A stretch of DNA of 40,079 bases from Chiloscyllium plagiosum (lineage: Eukaryota). Positions within the stretch are counted from its first letter, which is position 1. Each line of letters opens with the position of its first letter. Location of the stretch: the NCBI RefSeq assembly GCF_004010195.1, contig NC_057757.1, positions 7,233,304 to 7,273,382 of the forward strand, written 5' to 3'. The position numbers were made by a program, and so were the translations under genes. This document shows, in pieces, positions 36,530-40,079 of the stretch. The notes beneath the pieces are model-generated. The model worked only from the letters and a program-made list of their open reading frames with translations. It was not told the origin of the DNA and ran no database searches.

Positions 36530-39317
36530 TACCTCATTTTCCACCAAACTCTTGCCCATGTGGTCTTTTTAACTTGCTCCCTTTAATGGTACCAGTCTCT
36601 CTTTACTTACTACTGCTTAGGACCCCACCACCACTCCCCCATACCAATTTAAAGTCTCCAGAATAGCACAAGCAAATCTGCCCACTAGGATATTTGTTCC
36701 CCTGTTCAGTTGGCTAATGTTGCTTTTAGTGTCCCAAAAGAGCCGTTATTTTCTTTAAAATGGACATTCCCACCATCTACAGTATCTACACAATGCGGAT
36801 TGGCAAGCTTTAATGAGGACAATCTTGAAAGTGTGAATATGGTTGGCTAAAGTAAACTGGGACATTAGTTTAAAAGATAAGTCAGGAGAGATGCAATGGC
36901 AGATATTTAAGACTTGCAAGATATATTCCTGTTGGAAAGAAAAATATAGGGAAGCTTGCACAACCATGGCTAATTAAGGAAATCAAAGATAGGATCAAAT
37001 TGAAAGAAAAAAACATACAATTCTGTAAGTATTAGCAGAAGCCTGGACAGAGTACAATAAACAGCAAAGAATGACAAAAGATGAATGAGGGATAAACTAG
37101 CGTATGAGAGAAAGTTAGAAGTATAAGATGGTAAGCGTTTCTACACATGTTTAAAAAGGAAAAGAGCAAGTGAATGGAGCTGGAGAAGCACAGCAGATAA
37201 GACAGCATTGGATGAGCAGGAAAGTGTGTTGGGCTGAGACTCTTCACCAGGACTGGGGAGCACTGAGCATTCCGAACTCCACATCTATTAGCTCTTCCAG
37301 CATCTGCAGTCCTTACTGTCTCCAAGTAAAAGTGAGTGTTCTCCTCCAGAGTGGGGAAAATAATAATGGAAAGTAAAATACTGAAATGGTTGGAAACTGT
37401 GAGGTCTTTAAAAATGACATCATAAGGATGTTGTGAAACTTGAGAGGGTTCAGAAAAGATTTTCAAGGATGTTGTCAGGGTTGGAGGATTTGAGCCATAG
37501 GGAGAGGCTGAATAGGTTGTGGCTGTTTTCCTTGGAGCATCGGAGGCTGAGGGGTGACCTTATAAAGGTTTATAAAATCATGAGAGGCATGCATAGGATA
37601 AATAGACAAAGTCTTTTCTCTGGGGTGGGGTGTCCAGAACTAGAGGGCATAGGTTTAGGGTAAGAGGGGAAAAATATAAAACAGACATAAGGGGCAATGT
37701 TTTCACACAGAGGGTAGTGGGTTTATGGAATGAGCTGCCAGAGGAAGTGGTGGTGGTTGGTACAATTGCAACATTTAAAAGGCATCTGGATGGGTATATG
37801 AATAGGAAGGGTTTGGAGGGATATGAGCCAAGTGCTGGCAGATTAGGTTGGGCTATCTGGTTTCTGTGCTGTACATTTTAATGACTCTATGACAAGTCCT
37901 GAAACAGGATGTTTCTATTAGTTCAAAGGTGAATGCTAGTAGGCGTTAGGAATGGTGGATAACGAGAGAAATTGAACCTCTGTTAAGAAAAAGGAGCTTT
38001 ATATCAGGGAAAGACTGCAAGGGATCAAGTGAATCCCGAGATGAGTATAAGGGCAGTAGGAGTGTACTCAAGAGGGAAATCAGGAGGGCAAAACAGATCA
38101 ATAAAACCATCTATGTGTGGAACTCAGGAGATGGGTGAGATACTAAGTAAAATATTTCACATCAGCATTTATTGTGAAGCATATGGAAGCTAGACAACTT
38201 TGAGAAATAAAATGATATCTTGAAAAGTGTTCATTTTAAAGATAAAGTGAATAGCGAAGGTCTTTTCCCCAGGGCAGGGGAGTACAAAACTAGAGGACAG
38301 AAGTTTAATGTGAGAGGGTAAAGATTTAAAAGGGTCCTAAGCAGCAACCTTTTCACACAGAGGGTGGTCCGTGTATGGAATGAGCTGCCAGTGGTAGTAG
38401 TGGAGGTTGGTAAAATCACAATATTTGAAAGGCATCTGGATGGGTGCGTGAACAGGAAGGGTTTAGAGGGATATGGACCAAATGCTGACAAATGGGACCA
38501 GATTAGTTTAAGATATCTCATCGTCATGGATGAGTTTGACCATGCTGTACAGCTCTATGACTCCATACTGAGTTTGTTTTAATTTTATTCTCTGCATTTC
38601 TCTACAAAATATGATACATTTGAAGTAGGAGTGGGCCATTGAACCATCATGCCTGTTATGCCATTCAACATGATTGGGGCTGATCTTATTGATCCACATT
38701 TTCCGACTACCCCTTGATAAGTCAATAACTTATCTCCCTCTAGTTGCACCACTCTCTGGAGACACACAACCCTCACAGAAAATTCTTTTCATTTCCACTT
38801 TAAATAAGAAACTTTCTATTCTTACTACTTTCCACAATAGAATCCATCCTTTCAACAAGAAGACAGCTCACCTCCATCTCAAAGGCAGCTAGGGAAAGGA
38901 AATAAATACTGTCCTAGCTAGTAATGCCCTTGTCCCAGTAGAGAATAAAAAAAATCCACCTCTCAAGTCACTTCGGTATCTTGTATGTTTCAAGATCACT
39001 TCTCACTCTTCTAAACTCCAATTCAATTCTATAGGATGTTGGTTAACTTGAAAGGGTTCAGAAAAGATTTACAAGGCTGTTGCCAGGGTTGAAGGACTTG
39101 AGCTATAAGGAGAGGCTGAACAGGCTGGGGCTGTTTTCCCTGGAGCGTCAGAGGCTGAGAGGTGATCTTATAGAGGTTTATAAAATCTTGAGGGGCATGG
39201 ACAGGGTAAATAGACAAGGTCGTTTCCCTGGGGTGGGAGAATCCAGAACTAGAGGGCATAGGTTTAGGGAGAGAAGGGAAAGATTTAAATGGGACCTAAG
39301 GGCCAGCTTTTTCATGC
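36530..39317. mobile_element. Dense cluster of CR1 fragments (3' ends at 37420-37890, 38235-38570, 39030-39315, plus internal pieces)
   Basis: Repeated LERVQKRF.RML.GL..LS..ERLNRL.LFSLE.RRLRGDLI and TRGHRFR motifs. Confidence 0.8.
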
Positions 39318-39680
39318 ATATACCTCTAAATCCACTCACCTGGATGGGGGGAGCCCCAACAGCACTGAAGAAGCTCGACACCATCCAGTACAAAGCAGCC
39401 CTTGCTTGACTAGCACTACATCCTCAAACATCCACTCCCTCCACCACCGACGCTCAGTAGCAGCAGCAGCATGTACTATCCACAAGACGCACAGCAGGAA
39501 TTCACTAAAGATCCTCAGACTGCACCTTCTGAACCCATGACCACTTCCACCTGGAAGGACCAGGGCAGCAGATACATGGGGAACACCAAACCCTGCACGG
39601 TCCCCATCCTGAGTTGGGAATATATCGGCCGCTCCTTCAGTGTTGCTGGGTCAGAACCGCGTAACCCCCTCCCTAAAGGC
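39318..39680 (+). mobile_element. 3' fragment of the second non-LTR retrotransposon family
   Basis: LTWMGGAPTALKKLDTIQYKAA / NIHSLHHRRSVAAAACTIHK, typical of the region C-terminal to RT in CR1/L2/Jockey-group elements. Confidence 0.7.
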
Positions 39681-40079
39681 CCTGTGTGGGTGTCCCCGCA
39701 CCCCCTCCCTAAGGGCCCTGTGTGGGTGTCCCCCTCCCTAAGGTCCCTGTGTGGGTGTCCCCCTCCCTAAGGGCCCTGTGTGGGTGTCCCCGCACCCCCT
39801 CCTTAAGGGCCCTGTGTGGGTGTCCCCCTCCCTAAGGTCCCTGTGTGGGTGTCCCCTCCCTAAGGGCCCTGTGTGGGTGTCCCCGCACCCCCTCCTTAAG
39901 GGCCCTGTGTGGGTGTCCCCCTCCCTAAGGGCCCTGTGTGGGTGTCCCCGCACCCCCTCCTTAAGGGCCCTGTGTGGGTGTCCCCCTCCCTAAGGGCCCT
40001 GTGTGGGTGTCCCCGCACCCCCTCCTTAAGGGCCCTGTGTGGGTGTCCCCCTCCCTAAGGTCCCTGTGTGGGTGTCCCC
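39666..40079. repeat. Minisatellite of about 29-36 bp units (CCCTCCCTAAGGGCCCTGTGTGGGTGTCCC[CGCACC]), truncated by window end
   Basis: Directly visible tandem units with two length variants. Confidence 0.95.

Overview
Vertebrate nuclear DNA, almost certainly a shark or other elasmobranch (inferred from HE1/V-SINE, CR1/HER1-type LINE and Penelope-derived repeats). Two convergent protein-coding genes. (1) On the + strand, the last two coding exons (323-480, 3008-4216) of an actinodin-family fin-fibre protein; its signal-peptide exon lies upstream of the window. It has an RSRR convertase site, the actinodin N-terminal domain, five C(D/N)PxxDPxC-type repeats, a 17 x 9-aa Tyr/Pro/Gly/Ser repeat, an acidic tail and a fold-back 3' UTR. 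(2) On the - strand, a complete 10-exon COPS6 (CSN6) gene (ATG 32755 to stop 11308; 942 nt, 313 aa) with a CpG-rich promoter and a probable GC-AG intron 7. The rest is mostly transposon debris: CR1 LINE fragments, a second non-LTR family, three SINE types, a MITE, a Penelope GIY-YIG fragment and several minisatellites. Many short, often palindromic, TSD-flanked Penelope-derived insertions carry minimal hammerhead-ribozyme motifs. Nearly all short ORFs in the track are spurious. I found no clear evidence of a wholly new system. The best leads are the actinodin tyrosine-rich domain, its structured 3' UTR and the hammerhead-bearing palindromic retro-insertions. Family names are from recall, not database searches.
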